From the NCBI GenBank assembly GCA_964016885.1, contig OZ024755.1:27156001-27220000 (forward strand): DNA of 64,000 bases, read 5' to 3'. Below, one piece after another: positions 63,735 through 64,000 of this stretch (its first letter is position 1; every line of letters starts with the position of its first letter). Origin of the DNA: Eledone cirrhosa (lineage: Eukaryota). The notes below the pieces were generated by a model that ran no database searches, had not been told where the DNA came from, and worked only from the letters and a program-made list of their open reading frames with translations. The translations under genes and the position numbers were made by a program.

Positions 63735-64000
63735 GTAAGTTCAATTTTAACTATTATGGTTCAAACAGGTGTAAATCTGGTGTTGTTGAAAATACATAAC
63801 TTGTGTTTCATTAGGAATCCATGTTGTGAAGGCTTTAGGCAGTTCCCCTTCTTCCAGACCAAGAAAATAAAAAGACTGAAACTGTTGATATGATTATATT
63901 GCAGCCCTCAAGATACAGAAAATAAAATGTAATCCAAGTAAAAACGAAAATAGGAGCGATATAAGTATAGAAATATATAAATGTAGAGAGAAAAGAGGAA

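Overview
AT-rich, intron-rich animal genomic DNA. The repeat landscape suggests a coleoid cephalopod, probably Octopus; this is an inference. The whole window lies inside one plus-strand gene, a WDFY3/ALFY (Drosophila blue cheese) BEACH-family autophagy adaptor. I traced 37 coding exons by hand (782-63734), all GT-AG, joining in one consistent reading frame from the ARM-like region through the ConA-like domain to the PH domain that precedes BEACH. Both gene ends lie outside the window. The introns contain two tRNA-derived SINE families, a TTAA-flanked piggyBac-type MITE in more than 15 copies, non-autonomous Helitrons, RTE- and CR1/L2-type LINE 3' fragments, and about a dozen unrelated minisatellites. 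The long ORFs in the supplied track are tandem-repeat artefacts. The most interesting unexplained signal is a set of Penelope-type hammerhead ribozyme motifs. Some have complete cores in the sense orientation of the pre-mRNA, and several sit inside long fold-back hairpins (19848-20149 and three consecutive hairpins at 47649-48525). Other findings: a standalone tRNA-like gene with an odd GGA anticodon, a minisatellite made of AG|GTGAG splice-site units, and a shared insertion hotspot inside the MITE. All calls come from manual reading; no database searches were run.
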